Shown one piece after another: positions 40,136 through 50,511 of a stretch of DNA of 64,000 nt. The first letter of the stretch is position 1. Each line of letters begins with the position of its first letter. The notes beneath the pieces were generated by a model. It did not search any database, was not told where the DNA came from, and worked only from the letters and a program-made list of their open reading frames with translations. Location: positions 1,868 through 65,867 of the forward strand of contig JAQSCZ010000122.1 of NCBI GenBank assembly GCA_029945665.1. The letters are read 5' to 3'. The position numbers were made by a program, and so were the translations under genes. This stretch comes from a bacterium. GTDB lineage: Bacteria > Bacteroidota > Bacteroidia > NS11-12g > UBA955.

Positions 40136-40753
40136 ATGAGAAAAACAGAAATCATTCTAATTGGTGTTTTATGTTTTTCTGCCGTATTTATTCTCAATGG
40201 TTTTACTAAAATAAGCTCAACATTACTCCTCATTTCAAGTAGCTTACTCGCTATACTCTATTTTGCATTTGGGTTCTTATTAATAAACAATAAGCACCTT
40301 TATAAAATATTTAGCAAATCGACTTATGAAGATTTAAATACTTTAAAAATTATTTTAAGCATCTTTTTAGGATTTGTATTCAGCAATATTATCATAGGAA
40401 TTCTTTTTAAACTCATGCTATGGCCTGCATCTGAGCCTATGATAATGACTAGCGGCTTAACGATCATTGTAGGTTTAATTGTATTAGTAATAATTCAACT
40501 TGTGACCCATAAAATTCTGTTCGTTCAAAATCTGCGTTATTTTATTTGGACTGTGTTTTTTGCCATTATTTATCTAATGCCCTACCGAACCTTGATTGAA
40601 GCTAGGTATCTACAAAAATATCCTGATTATTCAAATGCAATGTCGCGCTATTATGAAAATCGCACTTTAGAGAATCAGAAACTATTTGAGGAAGAGAACC
40701 AAAAATATCACGAACTGAAAATGAGTGAATTTGGTGAAAGGGGCACGCGCTAA
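40136..40753 (+). CDS. Hypothetical integral membrane protein
   Basis: Five or six TM helices. No recognised motifs. Confidence 0.35.
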   Translation: MRKTEIILIGVLCFSAVFILNGFTKISSTLLLISSSLLAILYFAFGFLLINNKHLYKIFSKSTYEDLNTLKIILSIFLGFVFSNIIIGILFKLMLWPASEPMIMTSGLTIIVGLIVLVIIQLVTHKILFVQNLRYFIWTVFFAIIYLMPYRTLIEARYLQKYPDYSNAMSRYYENRTLENQKLFEEENQKYHELKMSEFGERGTR

Positions 40754-40755
40754 TC

Positions 40756-41418
40756 TTAATCCTTTAAGAGATGGCTAAAAGACTTTCTAAGTTTACTAAC
40801 CTTTGGATCGATAACAGCTGTGCAGTAACTATTTTCTAGTCTGTTTTGGTTGTAATAATCTTGGTGATAATCTTCGGCATTATAATAAATTCCAAGCGGT
40901 TGAACTTCTGTAACAATTGGATTCTCAAATATTTTTTCTTCTGTTAATTTTTTTATGAATGCTTCTGCACTGTCTTTTTGTTGTGGACTATTGTAAAATA
41001 TAGCTGAGCGATATTGTGTACCTATATCATGGCCTTGTCTATTCAAGGTCGTTGGATCGTGCATGGTAAAAAATACAGTTAGTAAAGTATTGTAATCCAC
41101 GATGTCTGGATTGTAGATAATCTGAACAGCTTCGGCATGGCCTGTAAAACCAGTACAAATTTCCTTATAAGTAGGATCTTTTGTTTTACCTCCAGTATAT
41201 CCGCTAATAACAGTATCAACGCCCTTCAATCTGGCCATCGTTGTTTCAATGCACCAAAAACAGCCGCCTGCAAATGTGGCTGTATCCCTTTTTAAATTAC
41301 TATCATTCATATTTGTTCTATTGCTAACATTATTTGCTTTATTATTGTTTGTTTTGGCATTACAGGCCATTAAACAAAAAACCAAAAATAGGGATAGTGG
41401 CCATTGTAACTTTTTCAT
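40756..41418 (-). CDS. msrA: Peptide-methionine (S)-S-oxide reductase MsrA with N-terminal lipoprotein signal
   Basis: 'GGCFWCIE' active site. N-terminus 'MKKLQWPLSLFLVFCLMACNAK' (lipobox), so it is predicted to be extracytoplasmic. Confidence 0.85.
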   Translation of the reverse strand: MKKLQWPLSLFLVFCLMACNAKTNNNKANNVSNRTNMNDSNLKRDTATFAGGCFWCIETTMARLKGVDTVISGYTGGKTKDPTYKEICTGFTGHAEAVQIIYNPDIVDYNTLLTVFFTMHDPTTLNRQGHDIGTQYRSAIFYNSPQQKDSAEAFIKKLTEEKIFENPIVTEVQPLGIYYNAEDYHQDYYNQNRLENSYCTAVIDPKVSKLRKSFSHLLKD

Positions 41419-41456
41419 CTTTTATTTTAAACAGTATTGAATTACTTTTGTACTTT

Positions 41457-43883
41457 ATGTTAAAACAAAAATATTACTTATTGTTAATTATCAGTTCACT
41501 ATTATTGTTCAGTTGCAGCAAATTCACGACTAAACTTTCGGAAGATGAAAAAGAAGGACACCCAGGATATCAAGAACAATTGCTTTTTATTAAAACCAAC
41601 GGCACGAATGTAATGCCGGATTTATCACATTATAATTGGGTGCCAAATTCAATAAAGAGATCCACCTCAGGGGCATTACTTAATTTATCAGAACTAGGTC
41701 CTAATAACGTTGGTGGCAGAACCCGCGGAATGATTACAGACATTAGCAATCCAAATAGAATTGTTGCAGGTGGGGCATCCGGTGGTGTATTTGTATCTGA
41801 TAACAAAGGATCCAGTTGGCGTGCGATCAACGACCAACAATTAAATCCAAGTGTCACCGGAATGGACCAAAATCCATTTCTTCCCAATGTTATATACTAC
41901 TGTACAGGCGAAGGCAGTGGAAACAGTGCTGATATATTAGGTGCGGGTATATTTAAATCTACCGATGGTGGTAATACTTTTTCGCAACTAAGTGCTACCA
42001 ATAATACCAATTTTAATGTTTGTTGGAGTATAAAATGCTCCCCAAAAGACACCAATGTGTTATATGTTTCGACAGGAAGAGCAGGTGTTTGGCGTAGTGA
42101 TGATGCAGGCAGTACTTTTACAAAGGTATTTGCCTCTACTATTGAAATTAATGACCTTGAAGTATTGCCAAATGGCAGTGTTTTATTTGCTGTTAAAGGT
42201 GGTGGGGTTTATAGATCTTCAAATGGCGACTTAGGCACATTTACTAAAATAAATTCAATTAACTCCGCTTCAACAGCGCGAGGTGAACTAGCCTATTGCA
42301 AAGAATACCCAAATGTTGTTTATGCCGCAATTTCAGGCGTCGACAATGGTTACTCGGGTGTTTTAAATCAGTTTTATAAATCAAGTGACAGTGGTAAAAC
42401 TTTTACCCCCAGAAATAATCCTAACGGCATAGTTAAATTTAGTTTTACATGGTATTGTTTAACCATGTCTGTCAAATCAGATGATAGCAATAGTATTTTC
42501 ATTGCTTCTTTAGATGCTGGTTATAGTAGAAATGGAGGCAATAGTTGGAACAAGGCTAATATCATTCACTCCGACCACCATGCCGCACAAAATATGAATG
42601 ATTCAGAATTATTGGTTGGCAGTGATGGAGGTATCTGTATTTATAAATGGAACGATTTTTCAAAATTTAAGTCTTTAAACAATGGCTATAATGTAACACA
42701 ATTTTATTCTGGTGCTGTATCACCTTTTAGCAATAATATCATGGGAGGTTGCCAAGACAATGGCACTAACGAAAGCACTGGAAATGACAGCGCATTTAAT
42801 AATATCTTTGGAGGGGATGGAGCTTACACATTCTATCACAATGCATTGGAAGACACAAAATACTTATCCTATCAAAATGGTGTTGTCATAAGACGAGAAG
42901 GTTTAGTTGATAATAATATTAGTAATAAACTTCCCTCGGGCAGCACGGGCATTTGGTTCATTCAGCCCTATGATGTAAGTGAATATAACAGCGATTGGGT
43001 GATTTATCCAGCAGGTTTAAATTTATTAATTAGCAACAATAGCGGCAATAATTTCACCAAGCTAGGAAATATATCAAATGGAAAATTATTCGCATCTAAT
43101 TCTTCCTATGATGGCAACCCCGCTGTATATGCTGGCGGTAGTAATTGCCTTATGGGATTTGACTCTATGCTTAATACATCTCCAAAATTAATCAACTACT
43201 TATCAAAACTTCCAAATGCAATAAAGAGTTCATTTTGTAACAGTATAAAGGTCATTCCAGGTTACCGAGACCGTGTTTATTTGGCCTATAGTAATATCAA
43301 TGATTCTGGTAGATTATACAAAGGCTTTGATATGCTTTCGGGTAACCCAAAATTCAAAAATATTAGTGGAAATTTACCAAAAGGCTTACCAGTAAATTGG
43401 GTGGAATGCGACCCTGTAAATCCTGAAAGAGTAATATTTGCTGGCACTGACTTTGGATTATACGTGAGTGAAGACAGTGGTACAACTTGGATTAAAGATA
43501 CCAGAATACCTAATGTGGTAGTAAGCAGTATCAAAGTAAGTGTCAATAAAAAAGATATTTATTTCTTTACCCATGGCCGTGGTGTTTTCAAGGCTACTAT
43601 TAAAAATAATTACAATGTTGGTTTAAATAAAACAAACTCAACTGCAAGATTATTTCAAATATTCCCAGTACCTGCTTCGAATCTGCTAAATATTGAGCTC
43701 AATTCAAACCTTAAAGATGCTAACTTCAGTATTTATACAATGCTGGGTGAAATCGTAGCAAAAGGGGAATTAGTGTCAGGTATTAATAGCGTTGATATTG
43801 ATGAATTAAAAAGTGGTAATTATATTATTCTTATAGAAAAGGACGGGAAATCAGAAAGCACTGCATTCAATGTAAATAAGTAA
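41457..43883 (+). CDS. BNR/Asp-box repeat (sialidase/GH74/sortilin-like beta-propeller) protein with T9SS type-A C-terminal sorting domain
   Basis: ATG at 41457 gives MLKQKYYLLLIISSLLLFSCSK. Six or more Asp-box motifs (SDNKGSSW, STDGGNTF, SDDAGSTF, SDSGKTF, SRNGGNSW, SEDSGTTW). C-terminal 'IFPVPASNLLNIE...SIYTMLGEIV...SGNYIILIE' is a type-A CTD. Confidence 0.7.
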   Translation: MLKQKYYLLLIISSLLLFSCSKFTTKLSEDEKEGHPGYQEQLLFIKTNGTNVMPDLSHYNWVPNSIKRSTSGALLNLSELGPNNVGGRTRGMITDISNPNRIVAGGASGGVFVSDNKGSSWRAINDQQLNPSVTGMDQNPFLPNVIYYCTGEGSGNSADILGAGIFKSTDGGNTFSQLSATNNTNFNVCWSIKCSPKDTNVLYVSTGRAGVWRSDDAGSTFTKVFASTIEINDLEVLPNGSVLFAVKGGGVYRSSNGDLGTFTKINSINSASTARGELAYCKEYPNVVYAAISGVDNGYSGVLNQFYKSSDSGKTFTPRNNPNGIVKFSFTWYCLTMSVKSDDSNSIFIASLDAGYSRNGGNSWNKANIIHSDHHAAQNMNDSELLVGSDGGICIYKWNDFSKFKSLNNGYNVTQFYSGAVSPFSNNIMGGCQDNGTNESTGNDSAFNNIFGGDGAYTFYHNALEDTKYLSYQNGVVIRREGLVDNNISNKLPSGSTGIWFIQPYDVSEYNSDWVIYPAGLNLLISNNSGNNFTKLGNISNGKLFASNSSYDGNPAVYAGGSNCLMGFDSMLNTSPKLINYLSKLPNAIKSSFCNSIKVIPGYRDRVYLAYSNINDSGRLYKGFDMLSGNPKFKNISGNLPKGLPVNWVECDPVNPERVIFAGTDFGLYVSEDSGTTWIKDTRIPNVVVSSIKVSVNKKDIYFFTHGRGVFKATIKNNYNVGLNKTNSTARLFQIFPVPASNLLNIELNSNLKDANFSIYTMLGEIVAKGELVSGINSVDIDELKSGNYIILIEKDGKSESTAFNVNK

Positions 43884-44552
43884 ATGTCATCCCATCATAT
43901 AGTAAGAGAAGGTCAGGAGCCTGCATTAATCATAGCAAATGGTAGTGCATGTACAATTGAATTGCTCAACCAACTATTAGAATGGAGCCCTTTTATTATA
44001 GTACTTGATGGTGCCCTAAACCGGGTGTTAGATCTGGGTATTAAATTCGATGTTGCTTTGGGCGATTTTGATGGTTTCAATGAAGACCAAATACGTGATT
44101 TAATTCCACCTGATACAGCCATAGAACACACACCCGACCAGAATAAAACAGACCTTGAAAAAGGCATTGAGTTCCTAATCGCAAAGGGCATGGAAGCTGT
44201 AAATATTGTATGGGCTACAGGTAAAAGAAGTGACCATTATCTTAACAATATTGGCACAATTGCAAGATATCATAAACAAATTAAAATGGTCATGTTAGAC
44301 GATTATTCTCGTATTTACGCTATCGATTCGGGCTTTAAAAAACACAAGAACAAAGGTGATAATTTCTCTTTGATTCCTTTAAATGAGGTTAAAAATATTA
44401 AAACAACCAATCTTGACTGGAACTTAAGCAATTCCGATTTAAATTTCCCCTATTCCACTAGCAGTAGCAACAAAGTTTCAAATACAGATTTCGTCAGTAT
44501 CTCTTTCGATTCAGGTTTCTTATTAGCCATGGAATGCAATGATTTGGACTAA
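43884..44552 (+). CDS. Thiamine diphosphokinase
   Basis: 'ALIIANGS...', the 'ALGDFDGF' TPK motif, 222 aa. Confidence 0.65.
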   Translation: MSSHHIVREGQEPALIIANGSACTIELLNQLLEWSPFIIVLDGALNRVLDLGIKFDVALGDFDGFNEDQIRDLIPPDTAIEHTPDQNKTDLEKGIEFLIAKGMEAVNIVWATGKRSDHYLNNIGTIARYHKQIKMVMLDDYSRIYAIDSGFKKHKNKGDNFSLIPLNEVKNIKTTNLDWNLSNSDLNFPYSTSSSNKVSNTDFVSISFDSGFLLAMECNDLD

Positions 44553-46317
44553 ACTTAAAAATAATTGGCCTCTGCTAATATTGCTCATTTTGCATGGTGC
44601 ATTGCTTTTTTATGACTACAATAGTATTCCTTTTTCGCATGATGAATTAAGCGCTATTGACAGGTGTCGATTTACTTCTTTCTCCGAACTCATTAATTTA
44701 GGCGTAATGCCTGATGGACATCCAGCTGGGATACAAATATTACTATATCTTTTAATAAATAACTTCGGGGTTCATGAATGGATCTTAAAATTACCGTTTG
44801 TGTTGGCAGGTATTGGCAGTCTCTATTTTATTTATAAAATCAGCGCCTCCTTATTCAATCGCTACGCAGCTATTACTGCTAGTATTTTCTTTATATTCCA
44901 AAGCTATTATTTAAGTCAGATAGTCGTTGCAAGACCCTATAGCATAGGCCTTTTGCTAAGCTTAGGGGTTGTTTTTATAGGTCTAAAAATTAAAACAAAT
45001 CCAAGCTACCGAACCAACTATTTAATACTTTTTCTATTCGCAATTGGGTCTTTTTATTCACATTACTTTAGTTTTTTGCAAACCATCATTTCAATTGGTA
45101 TCTTTTATGCTTTTTATAGCGAGCGTTTGAACAACCGCTATTTTTACTTGGCTGTTTCAGCTGCAATCATTGGCTTTTTACCACATGGCTTGATTACATT
45201 ACAACAATTGGGAATGGGCGGTTTAGAGTGGCTGGGCAAACCCTCTCCTGATTTCTTCGCAAGTTTCTTTTATAATTTTTACAACAGCAGTTATATCCTC
45301 TTAATGACTGGAATTGGTTTGTTTGTCTTTAGTTTTTTTGTAAAAAGTAGGAGTAAAAAAACGAAACCCATATTACTTATATTATTTCTTTTACCCGTTG
45401 CAATTTTATACGCCTATTCCATTGTACGAGCACCGGTTCTGCAAGGTCCTGCTTTATTTTTCTGCACCCCCTACCTCTTAATATTTTCAGGCAATGGTAT
45501 TAATTATTTTAACAAATATTTTAAACTGATAGGTATAATCGCCCTTGCATTGTTTCAAGGATACACACTCATTATTAGCAATCAATTTTACAGCTTAAGA
45601 AACTACCAACCCATTGAAAAATTTGTAATCCAATCCGAGGAAAATTTAAAAAATAACGGAACAAATAAAAGTTTGGTACTATGGTCGGGTAATTCGCATT
45701 ATATAGCCTATTACCTACAGAAATATAATTTTAAAAACAGGATTATTACAACGGATACGCTTAAGGATATTAAGCAAATTGATTGGAGAAGATATGACGC
45801 TATAATTTGCAATCAATTGCCTCCAAATATCTTCTATGCGTTAAAAGACAGTTTCCCTTTCGTTCAATCTTGTGAAAATAACTTATTGTATACTTGTATG
45901 GTGCTAACACGCAAGTCAGGAAATAGAGCACTATACAAAGTGCCGCCTATCAAACTAAAATTTACCATTGATAGCGCTAAAGAATGGAGTAAAGTTTCAT
46001 ACCTTTATAAATTGGATTCCATTATTGATAATGCGAATTATTTTATAGAATTTAAACCACTTCTTGATTCAAGTATTCGGGGTGCTGAATTGGTTTTAGA
46101 AACTTATAGAGGTGAAGAAATCATAGACTGGCGTTCGGTCTATTTAGAACCAGAGAATCTTTTGTCATTGAAAGTTAAAGATGTGATTAAAGACTTTAAT
46201 AATAATATAAAAATTAAGCTGTATATTTGGAATAGCACCAAAATATCCACAAAACCAATAGAGGTAATGATGCTAATTAGAGAAGACAATCCCTCGGAAT
46301 ATATTTTTAAACCTTAG
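44539..46317 (+). CDS. GT-C fold glycosyltransferase (ArnT/PMT family 39/83-like) membrane protein
   Basis: 592 aa. N-terminal ~11 TM helices with a loop 'HDELSAIDR' (DE motif). C-terminal soluble domain. Confidence 0.45.
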   Translation: MIWTKLKNNWPLLILLILHGALLFYDYNSIPFSHDELSAIDRCRFTSFSELINLGVMPDGHPAGIQILLYLLINNFGVHEWILKLPFVLAGIGSLYFIYKISASLFNRYAAITASIFFIFQSYYLSQIVVARPYSIGLLLSLGVVFIGLKIKTNPSYRTNYLILFLFAIGSFYSHYFSFLQTIISIGIFYAFYSERLNNRYFYLAVSAAIIGFLPHGLITLQQLGMGGLEWLGKPSPDFFASFFYNFYNSSYILLMTGIGLFVFSFFVKSRSKKTKPILLILFLLPVAILYAYSIVRAPVLQGPALFFCTPYLLIFSGNGINYFNKYFKLIGIIALALFQGYTLIISNQFYSLRNYQPIEKFVIQSEENLKNNGTNKSLVLWSGNSHYIAYYLQKYNFKNRIITTDTLKDIKQIDWRRYDAIICNQLPPNIFYALKDSFPFVQSCENNLLYTCMVLTRKSGNRALYKVPPIKLKFTIDSAKEWSKVSYLYKLDSIIDNANYFIEFKPLLDSSIRGAELVLETYRGEEIIDWRSVYLEPENLLSLKVKDVIKDFNNNIKIKLYIWNSTKISTKPIEVMMLIREDNPSEYIFKP

Positions 46318-47204
46318 CTTATAGGACCAGTTAACACATCGAACAATCGTTTATGAAAATAAAGTTTTTCTCTACCAGATTTTTTCTCAATTAACAATCC
46401 CATGCTTTCCAAATGTTTTAAATAGGTGGACGCTGTTTGTCTATGACAATTCATGACTTTTAATAAATCTGCCGCTTTGATAAATGGCTTTTCGAATAAC
46501 AGAACCATCAGTTCGTTGGCCGGCAGTGGATACAAGGTGTACTTATAGAGCATTTCGTGGGTTGATTTTTTCAAATTATTCAAGTCTGTTATTTGCTTTT
46601 GAGCTGCAAGCGCAGCCTCTTGCACAGTGCTTAAAAAGAAAAGAACCCAGCCCTGTAAGTCGTCATTTTCGAATGCATTGTGCAATAACTGATCGGCTGT
46701 TTTTAAATTACTTTTAATCGCAAACGACAACGGCAATAATGGCCATTCTAACAAGCCTTGTTCTTTCATCCAATGATTAAAAATGGTATTGGCTAAAAAG
46801 ACTTGATATTTTAATTCCTCTTTTTGTATGGCAATAAAACCATGTAACAAAGCCATGTATAGCAGGGCATCAGGAGCGGTATTTAATTCTAAATAACTGT
46901 TAATCTCTTTTTTTAATAAAGGTAATTGTACCTTTTTGCGTTTACTTTTTTGAACGAAAGGAAAATTCAAACTGAGTACATTGGCATTCACTTGTTTCAA
47001 ATTCTGACCGATATTTGCCATTTCAAAAATAAGTTGAGCAGTGCTATCATTCAGTTGATTTTCGGAAGCATTGGCTTCGAACACTCTTATGGCTGCTAAA
47101 TTGAACCCATCCATCTCCATAGCACTCCTGGCTTCGCTTATAAATAGCAGATTCAATTCCTCATTGGTCCACTCATTTTTAACCGCTTTTATATAGCCAT
47201 TCAA
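46314..47204 (-). CDS. Fic/Doc-fold-like protein with degenerate active-site motif and C-terminal winged-HTH
   Basis: 'LLHGFIAIQKEEL' sits where Fic proteins carry HPFx[DE]GNGR, and the catalytic residues are not conserved. C-terminal 'HRQTASTYLKHLESMGLLIEKKSGREKLYF' is wHTH-like. Confidence 0.35.
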   Translation of the reverse strand: MNGYIKAVKNEWTNEELNLLFISEARSAMEMDGFNLAAIRVFEANASENQLNDSTAQLIFEMANIGQNLKQVNANVLSLNFPFVQKSKRKKVQLPLLKKEINSYLELNTAPDALLYMALLHGFIAIQKEELKYQVFLANTIFNHWMKEQGLLEWPLLPLSFAIKSNLKTADQLLHNAFENDDLQGWVLFFLSTVQEAALAAQKQITDLNNLKKSTHEMLYKYTLYPLPANELMVLLFEKPFIKAADLLKVMNCHRQTASTYLKHLESMGLLIEKKSGREKLYFHKRLFDVLTGPIS

Positions 47205-47410
47205 CTCCGAAATGGCTTTCCATGTTTCGGTAAGTGCTTTTAAAATGAGATAACTTTCGGCAATTCTATATTCTGATAATTTTTTAATTTTGGACTAATT
47301 TTAAGCAAATATGTCGAAATATTTTTATTTTTTCAACATATTTAAAATTTATTACAAACTTTACTCATTTTATTTGCAGTATAGAAGCCTCAGTTTAATC
47401 CTATTTATTT

Positions 47411-47418
47411 TACTTTTG
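47411..47418 (+). promoter_or_regulatory. Candidate -7 element (TACTTTTG) for glnN
   Basis: Matches Bacteroidetes TAnnTTTG 12 nt upstream of the glnN ATG. I found no well-spaced -33 TTTG. Confidence 0.3.
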
Positions 47419-47429
47419 TACCAATAAAA

Positions 47430-49601
47430 ATGAACACAACCATGGGTGCATCCATTCAACAACAAAACGCTTTAAGAAAGAACATGAAACAAATTTCAGA
47501 GTATTTCGGAGAAAACATTTTCGGGCCACAAGCCATGACCGAATTTGTTAGTAAAGAAGCCATTAAGGCCGTTACTGAATCTAGAAATACTGGCAAACCG
47601 ATGGACCGCAAGATGGCTGATCAAATTGCCGAGGGCATGAAAAATTGGGCCATTAGTAAGGGAGCTACGCATTACACCCATTGGTTTCAACCCTTGAGAG
47701 GATCCACTGCAGAGAAACACGATGCATTTTTCGATCCAACAGGCATCGATACAGGCATGGAATCATTCTCAGGTAAATCATTGGTGCAACAAGAACCCGA
47801 TGCTTCAAGCTTTCCTAATGGGGGTATTCGCAATACTTTCGAAGCCAGAGGTTACAGTGCTTGGGACCCATCCTCGCCTGCATTTATTATGGAAAAAGCA
47901 AGTGGTAAAACCCTTTGTATACCTACTGTTTTTGTTGCCTATACAGGCGAAGCTTTAGATTATAAAGCACCATTAATTAAATCAACTAATTTTTTAACTA
48001 AAACAAGTACGGATGTTTGCCAATATTTTGATACCAAAGTAAAGAACACGAAAGTGTCTTTAGGTATTGAGCAAGAATACTTTTTGGTAGATGCCGAACT
48101 CTATAATCAACGTCCTGATTTGGTGTTTGCAGGCCGAACACTTATGGGCAATATGCCAGCCAAAGGTCAGCAATTAGAAGACCATTACTTTGGCAGCATA
48201 CCAGATAGAGTTTACAATTATATGACCGATTTCGAGCAAGAGGCTTTTAAGTTGGGTATTCCTTTAAAAACTAGACATAATGAGGTTGCTCCAGGTCAGT
48301 TTGAATGTGCTCCAATGTTTGAAGAAGCTGATATTGCAATAGACCATAATTCTTTGTTAATGGATGTCATGCAGAATGTAGCCAACAGACATAATTTAAA
48401 AGTACTTTGGCATGAGAAACCTTTTAAAGGTGTAAACGGTTCAGGTAAACACAACAACTGGTCGATAGTAACCGATACCGGGGTTAATTTATTATCTCCT
48501 GGCCATAGCCCACAAGATAATTTGCAGTTCTTAACTTTCTTTATCAATACCATTAAAGCGGTACACGACCACGATGATTTATTAAGAGCCAGTATTGCCA
48601 CTGCTGCCAACGACCATAGATTGGGTGCTAACGAGGCACCTCCGGCTATTATGTCAGTATTTATTGGTAGCACACTTACACAAGTACTAAATCAGTTTGA
48701 GAGTGCAATTGCAAGCAAGAAACCAAGTAAAGTAAGCGAGAAAACAATCAGTGTTTACCGTATTCCTGAAATTTTATTAGACAATACAGATAGAAACAGA
48801 ACCTCTCCTTTTGCATTTACAGGTAATAAATTTGAGTTCAGAGCCGTTGGTTCAAGCGATCATTGCGCCAATGCTATTATTGTTTTAAATACTATTGTTG
48901 CCAACCAATTGGCCCAATTTAAAAAAGAGGTTGATGCCCTTATTAAAAAGAAAGTTAATAAAACCGAAGCTATTGAACAGATATTGAGAGGCTATGTAAA
49001 ATCAACGAAACGCATATTATTCGAAGGCAATGGCTACGGCGATGCCTGGGTAAAAGAGGCGGCAAAACGCGGTTTAAAAAATGTTAAAACTGCCCCTTAT
49101 GCATTAGATGCTTACAATACCAAAAAGACGCACGATTTATTCATAGACAATAATATTTTTACACCTAGAGAATTAGAAGCAAGAACAGAAATTAAGTTTG
49201 AAAACTACTTGTTGAAAGTGCAGATAGAAGGCCGAATTTTAGGTGAGTTGGTTAAGAACTACGTCATTCCATCAGCAGTAAATTATCAGAAAAGTTTGGT
49301 AGATGCTATAGAAGGTTTAACCAGAATAGGACAAGCCAAATCGGCCACCAAATCTTTGCAAGAAATAGCCCGTGAAATTTCTGAAAACCTAAATGCAATA
49401 TGGGAAAACAATGCAAAGATGACAGAAGAACGCAAGAAAGCCAATAACTTGGCACATGCAGATAAAAGAGCCAAGGCTTATTGCGATAAGGTAAAACCCT
49501 ATTTCGAAAAAATAAGAGAGAGTGCAGATAAACTTGAGGAATTGATAGACAATGATTCTTGGAAACTGCCTAAGTACAGAGATTTGTTGTTCTTTAAATA
49601 A
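47430..49601 (+). CDS. glnN: Glutamine synthetase type III
   Basis: 723 aa with a GSIII-type N-terminus. Both the length and the Bacteroidetes context fit GlnN. Confidence 0.9.
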   Translation: MNTTMGASIQQQNALRKNMKQISEYFGENIFGPQAMTEFVSKEAIKAVTESRNTGKPMDRKMADQIAEGMKNWAISKGATHYTHWFQPLRGSTAEKHDAFFDPTGIDTGMESFSGKSLVQQEPDASSFPNGGIRNTFEARGYSAWDPSSPAFIMEKASGKTLCIPTVFVAYTGEALDYKAPLIKSTNFLTKTSTDVCQYFDTKVKNTKVSLGIEQEYFLVDAELYNQRPDLVFAGRTLMGNMPAKGQQLEDHYFGSIPDRVYNYMTDFEQEAFKLGIPLKTRHNEVAPGQFECAPMFEEADIAIDHNSLLMDVMQNVANRHNLKVLWHEKPFKGVNGSGKHNNWSIVTDTGVNLLSPGHSPQDNLQFLTFFINTIKAVHDHDDLLRASIATAANDHRLGANEAPPAIMSVFIGSTLTQVLNQFESAIASKKPSKVSEKTISVYRIPEILLDNTDRNRTSPFAFTGNKFEFRAVGSSDHCANAIIVLNTIVANQLAQFKKEVDALIKKKVNKTEAIEQILRGYVKSTKRILFEGNGYGDAWVKEAAKRGLKNVKTAPYALDAYNTKKTHDLFIDNNIFTPRELEARTEIKFENYLLKVQIEGRILGELVKNYVIPSAVNYQKSLVDAIEGLTRIGQAKSATKSLQEIAREISENLNAIWENNAKMTEERKKANNLAHADKRAKAYCDKVKPYFEKIRESADKLEELIDNDSWKLPKYRDLLFFK

Positions 49602-49681
49602 GCAACCTATCCCCTCAAACCCTTTGCGAAGGAATTTGAAATTAGATTCATGTAAACAATACTACTTGTACTATTTATTAA

Positions 49682-49715
49682 AAACCCTTTCTGATATGAA
49701 AGGGTTTTTAATTTT
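49682..49715. terminator. Rho-independent bidirectional terminator hairpin
   Basis: AAACCCTTTC-TGATATG-GAAAGGGTTT is a perfect 10-bp stem. It is followed by TTTAATTTT and preceded by AAAA. It lies between convergent glnN (+) and the NTF2-like gene (-). Confidence 0.75.
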
Positions 49716-49908
49716 AACAATAGGAGAAAAGAATTTATTGTTTGGTTTAGGAATTCCCTTTTGTGACTTTTGTGTTTAAAGGTTTCCGGCATTTATTCCA
49801 CTTTGCTTTGAGCTCTCTTATAAATTATAAAAGGGAGCCTGCACCTTGCAAACTCCATTTCCATTGTTTCATTGCTTTAATTGTAAAACAAGTGCTAAAA
49901 TCTTAGCA

Positions 49909-50295
49909 TTAATTTTCGGAATGGTAAAAGAATTGTTCCGAAACAATTTTACCTTCCTCTACTTCGTAAACAGCAATTTCATCCATTTTCATCCTGCCTT
50001 GTTCTTTAACTGTAACATCCATACCCATGGCTACTGTAAAGTAATTACCGGCCACTAGTGGCTGCGAGCAAAAGCCATCGTGCATTTGTTCAACCTTTTG
50101 TTGCCAGGTTTTAGCTTTCTCTTGAATCTTAACAAGTCCTTGAACCGATTCGAAATCTGAATCTTCGGGCTCAATACTAATGGCAGTATCGCTAAATAAT
50201 TCGGATTGAATAAGATCGTACTGTCCTTGTTGGGCAAGTTCGTAAAATCTGTTTGCCACTTCTTGAGTGGAACGGGTGGTGGTTTGGGTGGTCAT
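49909..50295 (-). CDS. NTF2/SnoaL-like fold small protein
   Basis: 128 aa, acidic, secondary-structure pattern typical of NTF2-like. No catalytic motif recognised. Confidence 0.4.
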   Translation of the reverse strand: MTTQTTTRSTQEVANRFYELAQQGQYDLIQSELFSDTAISIEPEDSDFESVQGLVKIQEKAKTWQQKVEQMHDGFCSQPLVAGNYFTVAMGMDVTVKEQGRMKMDEIAVYEVEEGKIVSEQFFYHSEN

Positions 50296-50511
50296 AATAC
50301 TATTTATTTATATGGTTAATAATGTATCGAAATTACCGGGGTTATTTAAAGCCGAGATGCTTTTGAGGTTATGAATTGATTATTTAATTACTGCTTTAAA
50401 ATGAAGCTAATATTTAGCTACCATGTAATACCCAAGGCGGGCGCTTTCTATTATAATAACTTAAAGCAAATGCTTTGTTATTTGCCTTATTAAGGGTTAG
50501 TTTGTATTGTT

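Noticed and set aside
47374-47418. A full -33/-7 promoter for glnN.
   Set aside because: The -7 TACTTTTG is good. The nearest upstream TTTG is 33 nt away, against about 19 nt expected. Only the -7 element is reported, and at low confidence.
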